Shown: positions 32,251 to 48,497 of the stretch, in pieces
Layout of the letters: every line of letters starts with the position of its first letter
Numbering within the stretch: position 1 is the stretch's first letter
Assembly (NCBI GenBank): GCA_003344405.1
Contig: NOWV01000011.1
Span: 434,001 to 498,000 of the forward strand
From: Trichoplax sp. H2
Lineage: Eukaryota
Direction: 5' to 3'
Length of the DNA stretch: 64,000 nucleotides
Notes under the pieces: generated by a model
Database searches by the model: none
The model's input: only the letters and a program-made list of their open reading frames with translations
Told to the model about the DNA's origin: nothing
Position numbers and translations under genes: made by a program

Positions 32251-34231
32251 AAGCATATATGTGTGTGTACATCGAGCATTAGTATCAATATTGATGATAT
32301 CCCAATAGATTAGAAAATATTATGCGTTGTTAACGAAATACTGAGTGTGCAATACTCTTCGATCTCGTTTTTCTCTTTTTTTTTTCATCTTACTGCCAAT
32401 ATTGTAATATGCTGTCTTATAAATATGCTAGCCATTTATTAGTAAATTCGACGAATTTTTTGAAATTTTAATATTATACTTATTCTTAGTATGAAAGTTT
32501 GGCTACAATATCGTGTTGGTGATAAAACTTTAGCTATTATTAATGATTCAAATAAGATCATGGCTAAATAGAGATGACTCTATTACCAGATTCAGTTGGC
32601 TGACCTGGCTGTTTTTATTCTGTTCCATTTTATTGATCGGATTTATCAAACTGTACAGTCATATAATATGTTGTATATGTTACAATTCCCTCCATTCAAT
32701 TTACGTAGTGCATACGATGCATTTTTTTGCAATTTTAACTTGATAATCCAATTAAGGAAGATTTCTTCTCCTATTAAGAATTCGTTGTCAATCTTTGACG
32801 CAAGCTGCATGACTCGGTAGAGTATTGTAAATTCCGTTGTACTGATTTGCAATACTGCGATGCAAATATGAGTTTTTGTTTTTATAAACTGCTTTAAATT
32901 TTTTTTCCTTTCCATTTCGATTTAACTACAGTATCTATTATTATATTATTTTACTCAACACCTGGCCTGGTCAAGAAAAGATTTCTTGTATTTATCCTTA
33001 GTGATGTGTTATTACCAACAGCTATTATACACAGTGTTATATCGTATTTTATTTCATATATCTTGAATTTCATTGCTCAGTCCGCATATGATTTGTAGTT
33101 AATTACTGCGGACTCTGTTATGACCAGGATTTGCTACGGGAAACTATTTTAGCATATTACTCAAGTAGTTGTATGCAGTATCCTTGCTATGCTATCCTAC
33201 CTCGTCGTGTGTAATGACACCCATGCTAAGGAGCCTACATAATAGGAACATCTATATATTACAGAATTAATAAAAACGTTTTCCTTCCTGATACGAGAAT
33301 AAGGGTACGATGTACTCGTATATGTATAATTTAATCTTGCATTCTTCTTACAGTATACTTGCGATATACCAATATTAACCATAAAGAGAAAATAAGACTA
33401 TTGTCTGTTACAAGGAGTAAAATGTTGTCAATAATTTTAGCTTATATCACACATATATAAAAATTCCTTAAAAATTTGATGGAAATATGAAACAATTAAT
33501 TAATAATAATCCGATGATATAAGAGTTTAATGTAGCAAAATAACATGATAGTATTTTATGCATTGGGAACGTTAAGTAATACATTGCTACACAGTACATC
33601 AAAAATTGAGATAAATTGATAGGAAATTGTTTGTCAATCTAATATAGCCGTAGCTATATCAAAATGACGAAACAGGATAAGGCTGTAAAGTCACGTATTT
33701 ATGAACAATAATCAAGACTTTGCAGTACGTATAATAGCAAGGTGCGTTTTTATATGAGCTTATTCATTACTACATCAGTACTGTAGTGGTTTTCTGTATG
33801 CTATTTTGTAATACTGACGCTTTAATTCGTTGTATTAGTATATATATATACATATTACCGAGTGACATGGGAAATAAACGTAATAAGTTATGGTAATATG
33901 ATAAAAGGCAGTGATTGCCTTACTAAAGAGAGATCAGTCTAATATAAGTTTTACGTAACAAACATGTTTCGCAGTATTTAGCATTGTCAATAACGATAAC
34001 AAATCTTATATCACATTATCATTAACATGATGATACTCAATGAGCATGTTTTATAAGTAAGAGAAGACAATAATATCACGTAATCCGTAGCATATTACTT
34101 TTACTCTCTAAAAGATACTTAAGACTTTCATCATTGTTATGTTTGATAAAGATCTTCAGTTACGCGGTTCATGACTGAGGGTTATTACCAATTGAAGATC
34201 GATGAAGGAAAGTTGGATGTCATTGCAGCAT

Positions 34232-36022
<1,791 letters not shown>

Positions 36023-36720
36023 GGGTCACTATTTGCAATGATATCGAGTACAGAGAGAGAGGGAGAGAGATCGATCCAAGGCAATTATAAATGACGTTGC
36101 CAATATGCAAAGATTTCTACCCCGATGCAATCAGAGTAGATCGTGGAGGATTCAAAAGTCACAAGGTAAGCGATAGGACGTGGAAAAAAAAATGGAGATT
36201 AATACCTTTTCGACGTTTCTACCAACCACCAATTCGATCTGTGTCTTCTTTAGTCACACACACACACAGCACTATACGATCAGGAAGAGAGTCTGGTATA
36301 AAGCTCAAGAAGGTTGTCACCATATAAGTATTAGTATAGTCGTGATCGACTCTTTCCAGTACCGTAGTAGCCAGTGTCAATCTAGGACGACCAGTGAGTT
36401 TGCGCGGTCGACTACTCTACGTTAAAGCCATACTGTACAGTACACTGAGTGGACAGTACTGTACACTGAGTGGATAGTACTGTACAGTACCATGGCGCTA
36501 AGGCCGCTGGCACTACAGTCAATATTGACAAACGTTGTGGCCAAGATAACCGGCAGACGTCAGACGACATGCGAGATCATCGTGCATGCATGGTTGACGT
36601 CTTTTCATACACACACTAGTAGTGGGTGACACTACAACTGGATTGGACGTGTCTTGTTCAGTACGGTACACTGACACGACTGACGTCATCTTGGTAGAGT
36701 ACACTGTACTGTAGTCGTCA
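36023..36720. promoter_or_regulatory. Candidate bidirectional promoter (NKAP / RasGAP)
   Basis: Head-to-head genes, locally raised GC, a GA tract, CRE TGACGTCA (~36681) and a + strand donor AAG|GTAAGC (~36166). Confidence 0.4.
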
Positions 36721-38179
36721 TTGACTTGACCGACTCACTTCATCCACCGTGGTACGCCCCCGATGGAAGACCGTATGGGTGGGTACAGTGCATTGTACAG
36801 GATACTGTCCTACGCTTTACTATGGAATGCAAGTGTACACTGTAAAAGCGTACTGTAGTATACGGCAGACGACTCACCCTGCGACAGTCATCAAGTAGAC
36901 GCTTCACCTGTGTGGATGCTTCAATGACAACCACTACCACAGCTATAGTAGAACCTTGACACAACCTTTCCACTGGCATTTATTATTATTCTCACAGACT
37001 AAGCACTGACGATCATTGAACATTTTTCACTGATGGCCATCTTTGAATGGTAGATCGTCTTTGAAGTAGCAAGAATAATCCATTGCTTGCAGTCCACATG
37101 GCCAAGTAATATCGTAGTTGTATAGCCGTTACGGAATTGTCGATGACTATTGAGTCCTACTTATTATCATCGAGTACTGCGGTTAACTTCCGTTGAAGAA
37201 TGAGAAAATAATTCAATAAAACCACTGTATATCATTTTCATTTCAGGTGTTAAGAAGCAAAGGCGACATATTGCTTTCTGGACTTCCGTTGCATTGGATA
37301 GCCGTGTTGACGATATAAAATTGAAGATACAGAAAGACATTTTCAGACGTTTTCAATTTTATCCATCTATCCTATAGGATTATTGCATATACTTAGACTT
37401 ATTGCAGTAGGATTATCTCCAAGTGTGCGTATCGATTGCTTTCCATTTTGGACACTGCGTTCACCAAAGTGGTCGAATACTGTCTGTAATCGACCGACCG
37501 ACCGTTCAACAAGCTTGATGCTTTTAGTGGCCAATTTTTTTTTCTCTCCCCCCAATCCTTTCCCTGTGTTGGTTAACCTAAACGCGTCTTGGCTTCCACC
37601 TGGCTGCTGATCTTAACCTTCTTATCTGGATAGAACATGACAGCCGGCTAATCAACCCAAATAAAATCGAATAATGTAAGTACCAAAAATAGGCCAATTC
37701 CTCCCATTATATCATACGATTGATATACTGTACAATAGTATTAAACAGATTTCCACTATCTTGCATTATTAATTGATTTTGTTATAATGTACTACCATAA
37801 CTCGTGCAAGCCTCATAAAGTATCAATCGGCTTTGATCCTTCTTTATTATTACTACGATTATGGTTGGAATACTGTATTGAATCTTGTCTCAGCAAGGAA
37901 TGAGATTAATGAAAATTTGATTGGCTACTCACTTCTTGGAATAAATTACTGTATTAGCTGATAGGACTACTACGTACAGTTTACCAATTTCGCATTCTGA
38001 AGCCATTCCTCTGATTTTTACAATTTTATTATCTAACAATGTCCAAAAGGGACTTTCTTGCACGCACAGATTTCCTTTATAATTAATCATAATAATGTTG
38101 AAAATCACATAACCACGTCAGTTTAGGCGCTTTGCTACCACTACTGGATATTATTGGAATTTGAAAGAGTCAACTGGTC

Positions 38180-41100
38180 ATGGAAACGCAAGATTTCGCT
38201 ATCCCTGTTTCCCTACCATCAGGCATGCTTACTACCGATGGCACTAATATCAAATTGTTGATGGACCAAAATGACAACGATAATGTAGCTCTAGAAAACA
38301 TCAGTTTAGAAGAGGATGTTGTCAAGCTAGCTAAAGGTTTGCCCTAATGACATAACCTGTAATTATATGTTGTCAAACGTGAAATTTTTTTTATTGCTAT
38401 TAACAATTGTCACGTAGTGGTGTCGACGTGAATAAAGCCACAGCGTTTGTTGAGCTGGCGTCGACATATGCAAATGACCAAATTTATCAATTTTCTTGCT
38501 CCTCGACACTGCTTTGCAATGATATTTAGAACGCTATTATGGGCCACACTATTTTCACGCAGAAGCAGTGTTCATTTCTTCATTGGTAATAATAACTTAC
38601 ATCAAATAGGCTTTTTTAACCAATGAACTACACTACATATAAGTATATTTTAACTGAAATAGACCTATAAAGTCATATTTTGATCATTTAAATTAAAATA
38701 CCTATAGACAAGTGATTGCGATTAATGGGGTATTGTCGAGCATACTATTTGTCCACCTTATTTTGTCCAAGCAGTACAAGCCATAAATTTTTAAATTGTG
38801 AGCATTCGATTTCATCATAGTTTGGTCAGCAGATGAAAGTATTATAATGCTTTTATGATTATTATTATTTACAGCATGGCTTTCGACTGTAATTCTGAGT
38901 TAGTCGATAGAAGTGAATTAATGAATTACCGTCATTATCATTTTCATTGTCGTCAAGCCAGAGTAATAGAACCTACAGTCTAATAATCGATTGTTATTTC
39001 CCAATATTGTTATTAAATATTGTAAGAAATTCTTCGCGTCACAAAGACTTTTACATACGCTGTAGTCATAAATGCGTGTTTAGACTGTTGCTATTGAACA
39101 TTAAGCTGACGCACTTGTACCCCTTTTTTTATTTCTACAGTACGACAAAGGAAGTTAGATGAAGTTTTAGATTGTAATTGTCGCAAAGCTGTCAGGGTTG
39201 CGACATATCAAAATTAGTCTGGTTAATATACAATATGCTCGCATATTTCTTAAAATGGAAGAGTTTTTATTTACATTTTCGTGGTCAGATGCTATACAGT
39301 GCGGCATTTATTGCACAGTTTCACGAGTTAGGATATAGTACTACCGTCTAATAACCCTAGAATACGAGTACGTTAACATCTAGGAAATAATCAACCCACT
39401 ACAATTGACACAGAGGTACTTGTAAAAGCTATTAGTTCATAAGTGTCGCCGTTCTGTTCGATGTTTAATACCCTTGTTACCTATTACAATTATAATCTCG
39501 CGGCCGCAGTATTAAATTATTAACTATCTCATTTTATGCTTGCCAATGATTTACTGTGATGAAACGCTGATCGTTTAATACGTACAGTATAAGTAAGCTT
39601 AACAAGAGTTTTTTGTGCAGTATTGATAGTGGACAATCAAATACTTTGAATATAGAAATGCTTTTCGATTTCCCTATACAATTAGCAACCGACGTGAATA
39701 TTTCTTTATTTTATTCCTAAGGATAGACGTCTGTCGTATTTTATTATTATTTACGAATTATTAATTGTCTAGAAAAATCATGAAAAATATTCGTACTACA
39801 TTAATGCAACATACAGTCTACTGGAAATTTCTACCGGTTGAATTTTTAGTAGTCTGTGACTGCACGGTATCTGCATATGATAGGTTTTCTTTCCGCTTGG
39901 ATTTCACTATTTACTGAGCACAGTGAGCAGTTTACAGCTAAGACTTTGATATCAAGACTGATTCAATTTTGCACGCGCCTTGCTGCAGAATTTGATTTCA
40001 GATATTGCGGGACCCATCTCATGAATCATATGATCCCGAAGTTGGGAAACTATTTCAAGTATAGTACGATACCGCGCGTCGAGGGACTCCAAAAATGGAG
40101 TCTCTGGTACATTCGTGTACGATACTATGACATTGAATTTTGCATGTTTTCTCATCAGTTTTTGCAACTGTACCAGTATTTACGATATATTTCTGTTCCT
40201 AAAGATAAAAGTTAAAATTATGTTATATTAAAAATATTAACCTGTTAACCGTTATTTCGCAAAAATGTAATAACACATGAGAATATTTGAATTAAATAAT
40301 TACCATGCGTAAAAATTTTCGCTTGCTTCGATTGAAATTCGATACCACATACTGTACGGGATCAACTTCTATAGATAAATAATGTCCTTCTTACACGAAT
40401 ATTCTTATAAAATGAATTAATCAGGTAATGTGAATTCTTTGTTTAATATAGCTCGTCGAGAAATTCGGAATAACATTTCTAAACAAAGTGTAATCAATTT
40501 TCACCTTAAGCAACATATCAGCAACTACGATACTTATATTGGTTTACTTGTCAGGCATAATCTTTGCTTAAAGGTAACTATTTTTGTATTACCTTACACG
40601 TATAATTTATGATATTATTATTACACCGTACAACGCTATACGCATACTATGTCTAGAATAGAATTATTTACGGCTTATTTCTGAAACTTGTGCCAATAAT
40701 ATTACAAGCAGAATAGGACTCTTAAAATTGACGGAAATACCAATTGTTGAGAATATTAATTTGCTGTATATACCATTCGATATTCTTTCAACGTAGTGAC
40801 ATTATATCTATTTAATCTTACAAGCCTTCATTTATAGTAATGCACACTTTCAAGTACTTTAGATCGAGACTCCATCCGTTTATAATATTATTACCAAAAG
40901 ATCGTTGACTTCTAGCATACGTATGTCGCTATCGAAATTCATCCAAAGCATAAATGATATGAATTTTTGCACAGATCCTTAGTTTAAAATACGACAACAC
41001 TGATTACCTTATCCATTATTAATTATATTACCGGTGTCGTATAGAATTTTTTGTATTCTCGAAAGTAAAAATAATTCATTGTATCCTTATTAAAAAGAAT

Positions 41101-44100
41101 TATTAATTAATTAAATGATGTATTTGAATGGTAGAAGTTGCTTTTATGATAACGTTAACTTAATGTATCAACATAGAATATTATATTATCGTGCTCAATA
41201 TTTAATAACACCTTGAATGCAGGATACCGTACTTAACGAGAGTGTATAATAATTGAATCACTTTTACGAAAATCCGGCAATATCTACAAGGAAAATATAG
41301 TACCGTCTATGGAACGATATACAGTACTTTTATCTTATTCTTGTATAGACACGGATACGAGATCAAGGAGGCCATTGTAATTGTTACTTTCTAAATTTTT
41401 TGTACAAGCGATACTACAAGTACACTATTGCAGACGTGCACAGTACTGTGACTACCGTCCGTGGACTATAATTAATTCATCGTAATTCATTACTGAATTA
41501 GTGATACACTAGATCCACACTGGACTTAGCCTATGATTAACACCTACGTGCTTATACTCGTACTATACTTTGTAGCATATTGGTTACAATTGCAATTATA
41601 TCCGTAATATTTTAATGTAGTACATTAAAGTAAAATACGGTGTTTTAAATTCTTGTGAAGATATTGTGCATTTTAAAGTAACATACTGCTCAGTACTGTA
41701 CAATATTGCTTCGAAAACGACATAGTGACATATAAAGGGCGTACATACATTTTACTAAATATTTTACTCCTTTATAATTAGATAGATATACGAGTACACT
41801 ATTATAAAAATTGAAATTGTTATTGTAGTTAAGATTTAATTAAATAATATCATTATATGATCAAATTTAAAAAAGTAATCTTAAAATGAGAACTCTTCCT
41901 TGCATATCGTGAGGGATTACAGGTCAATAGAAATATGAACTTCTACTTGTGTTAAGATCGAATAAATTATAGCATATTAATGTAAATACTACGTCAATGG
42001 TACAGTACAGTATACGTAATTAATAATACCGCAAGGAGATAGCGCACCGCATAAGAAATATAGAATGTAATTATCATTCTAGCTGTGTTTATTCTGAATT
42101 GGTGCTGTTTAATTCTGTCATCAAATGTTGTAATTAATTATTTTATTGGTAACTATTATGGATTTTTGATAATGCATCATCTCAGGATGCCGCCGACCGA
42201 TTGGACCGTCTTGACGCAGTAGAGCCACGATATCTAGGTAAAAACGTTGAATATGCTGATAGTTGCACTGTAATTTTTAATGAAGTCATAATTGGTACTA
42301 CAGCATTGTAGCGTTTACGTTATACGTAGGTGTCGATAATTGTGGTTATGATCAGTACAAATAATGAACTAATATATCGACCTACTATTGCGTTAATTGT
42401 ATTGTCGATGCTACCACATAAAACTAGATAGGTCAGCTAGTTGTTCTACTCATTGTAATGTATATATTTTCGTAATAGACATGCCCCTATACCCCTAGTT
42501 TACATTTTTTTAGCCATACGATGTTACATTCCTACATTTAAAACGGCAAAGATCGAACGGAGTATAATAATACTCTTTCGTTAAAATAGCGAATTACAAT
42601 TGTATAGCCTATATTGTATTTCACATGATGTGGCTATCAGTTTACAATGGTTTAAGGATGCTGGCTTACGACTGTTAAACTTCAGACTGTAAATGGATAA
42701 TTGATCGTTAGCTGGCATAGAGCTACTACCACGTATTGGTGAAGTAGTAGTGGCAACTGTTATACAGTCATTAATGGGTAGCACAAATTGACTCAAACGT
42801 AATCGCATCTTAACAAAATGATTATACTGTTATAATTAATGCAATGCAATGCAAGCGGTTTCTATAGCTCTCGAATCATTCAGTAATCATTGAGTATACA
42901 TAATCAAGTTGATATTTCATTGAATAATAGAATCCATACTGTAAGTTACGATCAATTCAATTGGCCAGGAAACTGTATTAATCGAACTTGTGCCTTTACT
43001 TCATTCTGATGTTTAAGATTGACTAAATAATAACAATTACTACTGAGTTATTCTAAGGTTCGATTTGACTGATTCCATGTGATTTAAACTGCATATGATG
43101 CGTTACTGTCTTGCAGCTTGTGTTATCATGAATTCATGATTCATAAGTAGCTTAGGCGACTTTTATAAATTATTCTAATTGGCCTAAAAATACGCAATTG
43201 TGATACGAGTTATATATTTTAGAACTGCATATTATCTGAATGTAATTGAGATCGATTTGGATCAAAGCAGGGCTCCAGCTAGCTCGTATTTTTATTTCTT
43301 GTGAAAGAATACCTGCTTGAAGATACAATACATTATAATGCGTTTCTAAAAACATAGTGCTAGTGATTTGTCGTACGTCATAAAATATGAATACATTATT
43401 CAGATACAAGGAGGTATTTTAATTTACTATGCTATTTCGACACTTTGTATACTTAGAAACGTGTTTCCAGAGCTGATACCGTACTCAACGTAATTTACAT
43501 CGCATGCTTATTTTTTAATTAGTATCAGAAACTGTATCCTGTATTGGCTAAAATGTGAACTGTATTTCTTGTCTTAGATAGAACGTTATGTACATATTCA
43601 AACTTTTTACTATTTACTGTAAACTGACCCATTTTTGTCATGTAATTTTAAATAATAATCTTTGAAATTTTACTCTGAATTTTTATTCGACTTCCTTTAC
43701 TTTAACCTATAGCGGTCCAAAAATGGCTGTTTTGATTAAACTCTTTGTCTTTATACTGTAAAATTATTTGCTAACATTTTACAATATCTTTTAGCAATAG
43801 AACCCTGTAGTTTTCAAAGAATATATCTTCTCGGTTACACCTGGTAACCTCTTACGAGTTTTTCATTTAATCAATAACTTCATTACTAACAGACCGCGAC
43901 AGCAATAGAAGGGGGGCTAGTGCATTTACGTAGTGTTCTGACGTTTTATTTGATATGATATTCCATTGTTTTAATGATCGATTGCTCCTGTTTTAGGGCC
44001 TCTGATAAATGATATCAAAGAAAAGGTTAGTAAATAGTATTGAATAATTTGTTTCTCTTCATTTTATTATTGGATTCTGATAATGGATTTCCGATAATTC

Positions 44101-47100
44101 TTTGGCGCCCTCAGTGCAATAGCGTTGTTGTTTACATTACCATTAATATTATTTTAGCATATGCTTTGATCTAGGTGTTATACAATCATAGTTAAGATGC
44201 ATAGTGTGTTTAAAAAGTTGTCATTTACATATTACTTTATACGTATGCATACTGTATCACTATGTACATTACATTGTTTTGGTATTTCTTCCTTTTTTAG
44301 TACCATACTGTAGTTATGATTGTACTTGAAAGCAAAATTTTGTATATAGCAGTTTAGAGTTATATTTGTCAATTGCTAAATAGTTTACGGGTAAGTTACT
44401 GGAATACTCATCGATATCTAAACTTATAATGAATGTAAATCAATATTTTTTTAATAGCATTTCAGTAACTTACTTCATTTACTGCAAACTACACCATTTT
44501 ATATTGCCTGTCTAACACGCTTGGTATCACTAATGGAGATTGACAGTAAGTAGCTGCCTAATTTTGGGTGATTTTTGCCGGTTGTACAGTACAAGCTACT
44601 AGATAAATATTTTACAGATCGGGATTTAATAGGTTGATTAACCTGTACCTTATAATTTATTTTATATTTGTAGATTTACTTCACTTTGTCATGTTTACAT
44701 TATTCGGAAATCAAAACAACTCTAGAGAGGAGCATCTTCTCTTATTAGTGTTTGAGGTAATATTAAAGAAACAAGCTTACATTTTCGACATAGTTAAATC
44801 GTATTGTTTTGATGTACGTAATGCAGGATAAAAAAGTTTTAAATCTCCTACTTATGCTTATGCCGGTTTACAACTTACAGAAAGCTTTCAAATTGGAATT
44901 TGAAGAAGCTGAAGAATGGGGAAGTCTGTTACGAGCAAACAATGCCTTATCACGTATGATGACAACATACACAAAGTAAGGAGAAGCAGCCATTTTTGTA
45001 TTATTTGTAGTAAGGCGTCAAATATTCCGTTAAGTGTATAAGGTGCAGGCGCAAAAAGAGTAATAGATCCTAACCAGTGCTCTAACTGTTTTGTTCTATT
45101 CTAATTTGCATATGTGTATAAACATTCCAGACGAAAATTAGGCAAAGATTATCTAATAAGTACTCTCGCGCAAGTTATGAACGATGTTATTTCAGATCCG
45201 GATTTGGACTTAGAGATTGATCCTCTAAAGGTAAGTTTGACTTTTTAACTTTTAATTGCATTTTATGTATGAAATTTAATGCTTGTTAATTAAAAAGTGT
45301 ATCGTACGAAATTTAATCATCAGATTTATAAAACACTGGAAATAGCAGAGAACTTGGTTTCAACGGAAGAGGTGTGCATTCTATTGCTTACATGATTTTT
45401 CCCTTTGATTATTTAGTGCCGAAAGAGCGCACAAAATGGAATATTTGATGTATTTTACTTTGTCATGATAGGCTTTATCATCTGAGGAAGTAGCGTCTCG
45501 TGCTCGAAAAAATATCTTTGGTTATTATTATTGAAGCATATTGCTTAACTGATTTGCTTTTACCTTGTTCATTGTCGTATACTATATTCCTTAACCGTGT
45601 ATACATATATCAAAATTGGAAGATATTTCTCTGCGATTTATGAACTGTATAATAGCGTCTATTGATAGAATACCATACGGTATAAGGTGGCTATGCAAAT
45701 CTATAAAATACTCCATTAAAGTAAGATAATAAAGTTTGATCTTTGATAAAATTATACCTTAATACATTTTTTATAGTAGTCAGCACTTATTACATTGAAA
45801 GTAATTATTATATAGGAGAATTTTCCAAGTGCCTCTCCTCAAATCATAACATCGTTAATTGGGAGCTTCTTCTTTTTAAGATTTGTTAATCCTGCCGTCG
45901 TTACTCCTAAAGGTTTGCTATTTTAATCTTCTTTATCAAAAATTTATTTATATATAATCATTTTGTTCCTTTTAGCTTATGGAATAACTACGGAACCGAT
46001 ATCTCCGAAAACCACTCGAAATTTAACTCTGGTACGAACATTACTTCGCCTTTAACTAGTAACTGAAATTGTTACAATTATTTATCATTTCGATATCGTA
46101 TTCTAGATCGCCAAAATTTTGAAATGCTTAGTTCACGCTACCACAGTTAAAGAGTCGTGTATGTATCCCTTACAATCTTTTATTGATCAGCACCATGATC
46201 CTTTAAAGGTACGGTATATTTTTACCTTACATCTTTCGATTCATTATTAACTTCCTTTTGGAAGTGGTTTTAAGGTAAAATCTAAATTTGATAGGTATTC
46301 CTGGATCAGTTATGCGACGTTCGAAATTTTCATGACAACATTGAAGTACGCTTCGATAATAGATATAAGCACCTTTCAATTTAATGTATTTACGTCTTCT
46401 CAAGTTATTGATTCTGATCTTCAAATTAGATGGAACAATATCTATCTCTTTCTCAAGATATTATTGTAAATATAAGACTGAGCGAATTGTACGACCTACA
46501 TAACTTACTGATATCTTATCGATCAAATCTGGTAATTACCTCATGCATGTTAATTATTTAAATCTAAATAATTATATTATATTGATTTTAAATTATCTAC
46601 AACACATATCATTACCACAACATGTTTAGTTGTATGAAAATTATTTAATTTACTTCAGATGGATGGAGCAAATGATCGGTTAGGTTGTATATTGACTGAT
46701 CTCGGGTCGGCCTCAAAATTAGATCCGACTAATGACGAAATTATTTCCATAAAATTAAGTAGCCGTTGGGAACCTTTTACAGGTATTGCGTATTCGGGTA
46801 TGCCAACAATAAACGGCAGTTTTATAATGCTATGATATAAATTGCTAGCCGTAACTAAATAGCTGTTGATATAATCTCAATTCATAACAGATATAAAGAG
46901 AATTACGAAAATGTATTCAGAAAATGATATTAAAAATTTTGGGATTGCAAAAGAGAAGTTAAAGGATGTCCTATTGAAATTTTTTACAGAGGTGCGCTAC
47001 AACGCATGTACGATTCCTAACTTTCATTGAAGCAATTAAAAGCTTCATTGTGCTACGTAATTCATGCTCAAGTTGATTAACGTAATTACCGTAATTAATC

Positions 47101-48497
47101 GATTAACTATACGCCTATAATGCAACAACTAAATGTGTAATTAACATGTTAACTATGGTATTATTTATACGTCTTGTGTCAAGGTTCCTGAAAGTTTTAA
47201 CAAATCTACTTTAGAAGATGCTATCTATACAGTTATAAATAGCAAAATTCCGGATATGGCTCAATTAGCAAGCCCTTTGCTTGAAGACATTCATAGATCA
47301 CGCCAAGAACATATTGAACATCCGTTATATTCTAACCAGTATTTTCATCAAATTAAGGAGGTATAATTCATTTGCCAGATTAAATACCTGCTATTTGTTG
47401 ATCTGTACCGTCTGTATCTCGACTTAATCAAGAAGGCTTATTTAAACGCTGTAATTATTTTCTGGTCGTACTAGGAATTAAAGGTAATGCTATTGCAAGA
47501 ACAATGCGTAGATTTTGAAGTAACAATTTTGAGAGATGTTTATCAGGTTTGACTCTAGCCTTAATTGCTTAGATGTTCGATTACAATTGATTCTATTATG
47601 TCGTCTAGACCTTTATAATATTAAAATAACATTTAGTGTATTAATAGAGTAATTATTGATTTAATTCCATATGTAGTCGTTATGTGAGCACGGAAGCTTT
47701 CTGAAGGAACAGCTCAATAGTTACAAAGGTATATTTATTAACAATTATTAATCATTGTTGAAATATAAAAATTTTTCTATTGATCACAGAGAACAATTTG
47801 CATAGATGTGATAATATAGATCTATGTTATTATATATTTATTATTATAGAGTATTTACAAAATACAAGAAAAGCTGTTGTGAGCAAGGTTTCTGAATGGT
47901 TCTTACAATGACGATTTTCGTATTGAGTTATATGCTAACTGTAATATTCCTCGGTAAATATTTAGTTTAATCCGTATGGAAAAGATGAAAATTATCAAAA
48001 TGAAAATTATATCAGTCCTTATCGCTGTTCGCATTTGCAATTGTTAAAATACAGAATTATTGTCGACATTGCACATGAAGATATGTACGTATTTTCTACA
48101 TTGGACGTGATTTTAAGTAATTTACGTTGTTAGCTTATTTTCATATGAACTGTTACATTTTAACAGAAAAAATAATGGCTCTGACCTCTGGTATCTATTT
48201 TCTTCGCCAAGTCCTGGCCATTTTATAATTACTTTATTAGACGAAGGTAATAACAATATTCTAATTTATATTGTAAATTTGTATTTATCATCAGCTAGTT
48301 GTGTGTTGACCAAGTGTCTTATTTGGAAAAATATTAAAGTACGTTTCAGTTTATTAGCATTTAAAGACGCTTTAATATATGATTTCAGTAGATTTATGAG
48401 AGCAATTTTCTGTTACAATCTAGCCCAATCTAAAAATCTCATTCAGATTAGCGTTACTCTAGAAGAATTACTGGAACTGCTTTATATAAGAAATTCG
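38180..48497 (+). CDS. Sar1/Gap1 (GAPA-like, IQGAP-related) RasGAP with RasGAP and RasGAP_C domains, >20 exons; last exon unresolved (candidate 48658-48684)
   Basis: Exons 38180-38336, 40452-40573, 42186-42237, 43997-44025, 44458-44545, then a dense series to 48497. Translation includes [167 protein letters not shown] and [11 protein letters not shown]. Confidence 0.88.
45512..45604 (+). other. U12-type (minor spliceosome) AT-AC intron, 93 nt
   Basis: 5' site ATATCTTT, branch site TTCCTTAAC (45587-45595), 3' end GTATAC. Removal gives the in-frame [16 protein letters not shown]. Confidence 0.88.

Noticed and set aside
36430-36490. Short direct repeats resembling an array
   Set aside because: Only two ~21-bp units of the CAGTA-type motif with no spacers, in eukaryotic context; not CRISPR.
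38418-38530. Candidate RasGAP exon 2
   Set aside because: It gives an immediate stop in the required phase, whereas exon 40452 continues the homology directly.
39856-40215. Overlapping 119-aa (+) and 71-aa (-) ORFs in RasGAP intron 1
   Set aside because: Non-ATG starts, no recognisable domain and no convincing splice context.
42330-42354. Candidate RasGAP exon (GVDNCGYD)
   Set aside because: No donor gives a phase compatible with exon 44458; exon 43997-44025 fits both phase and homology.
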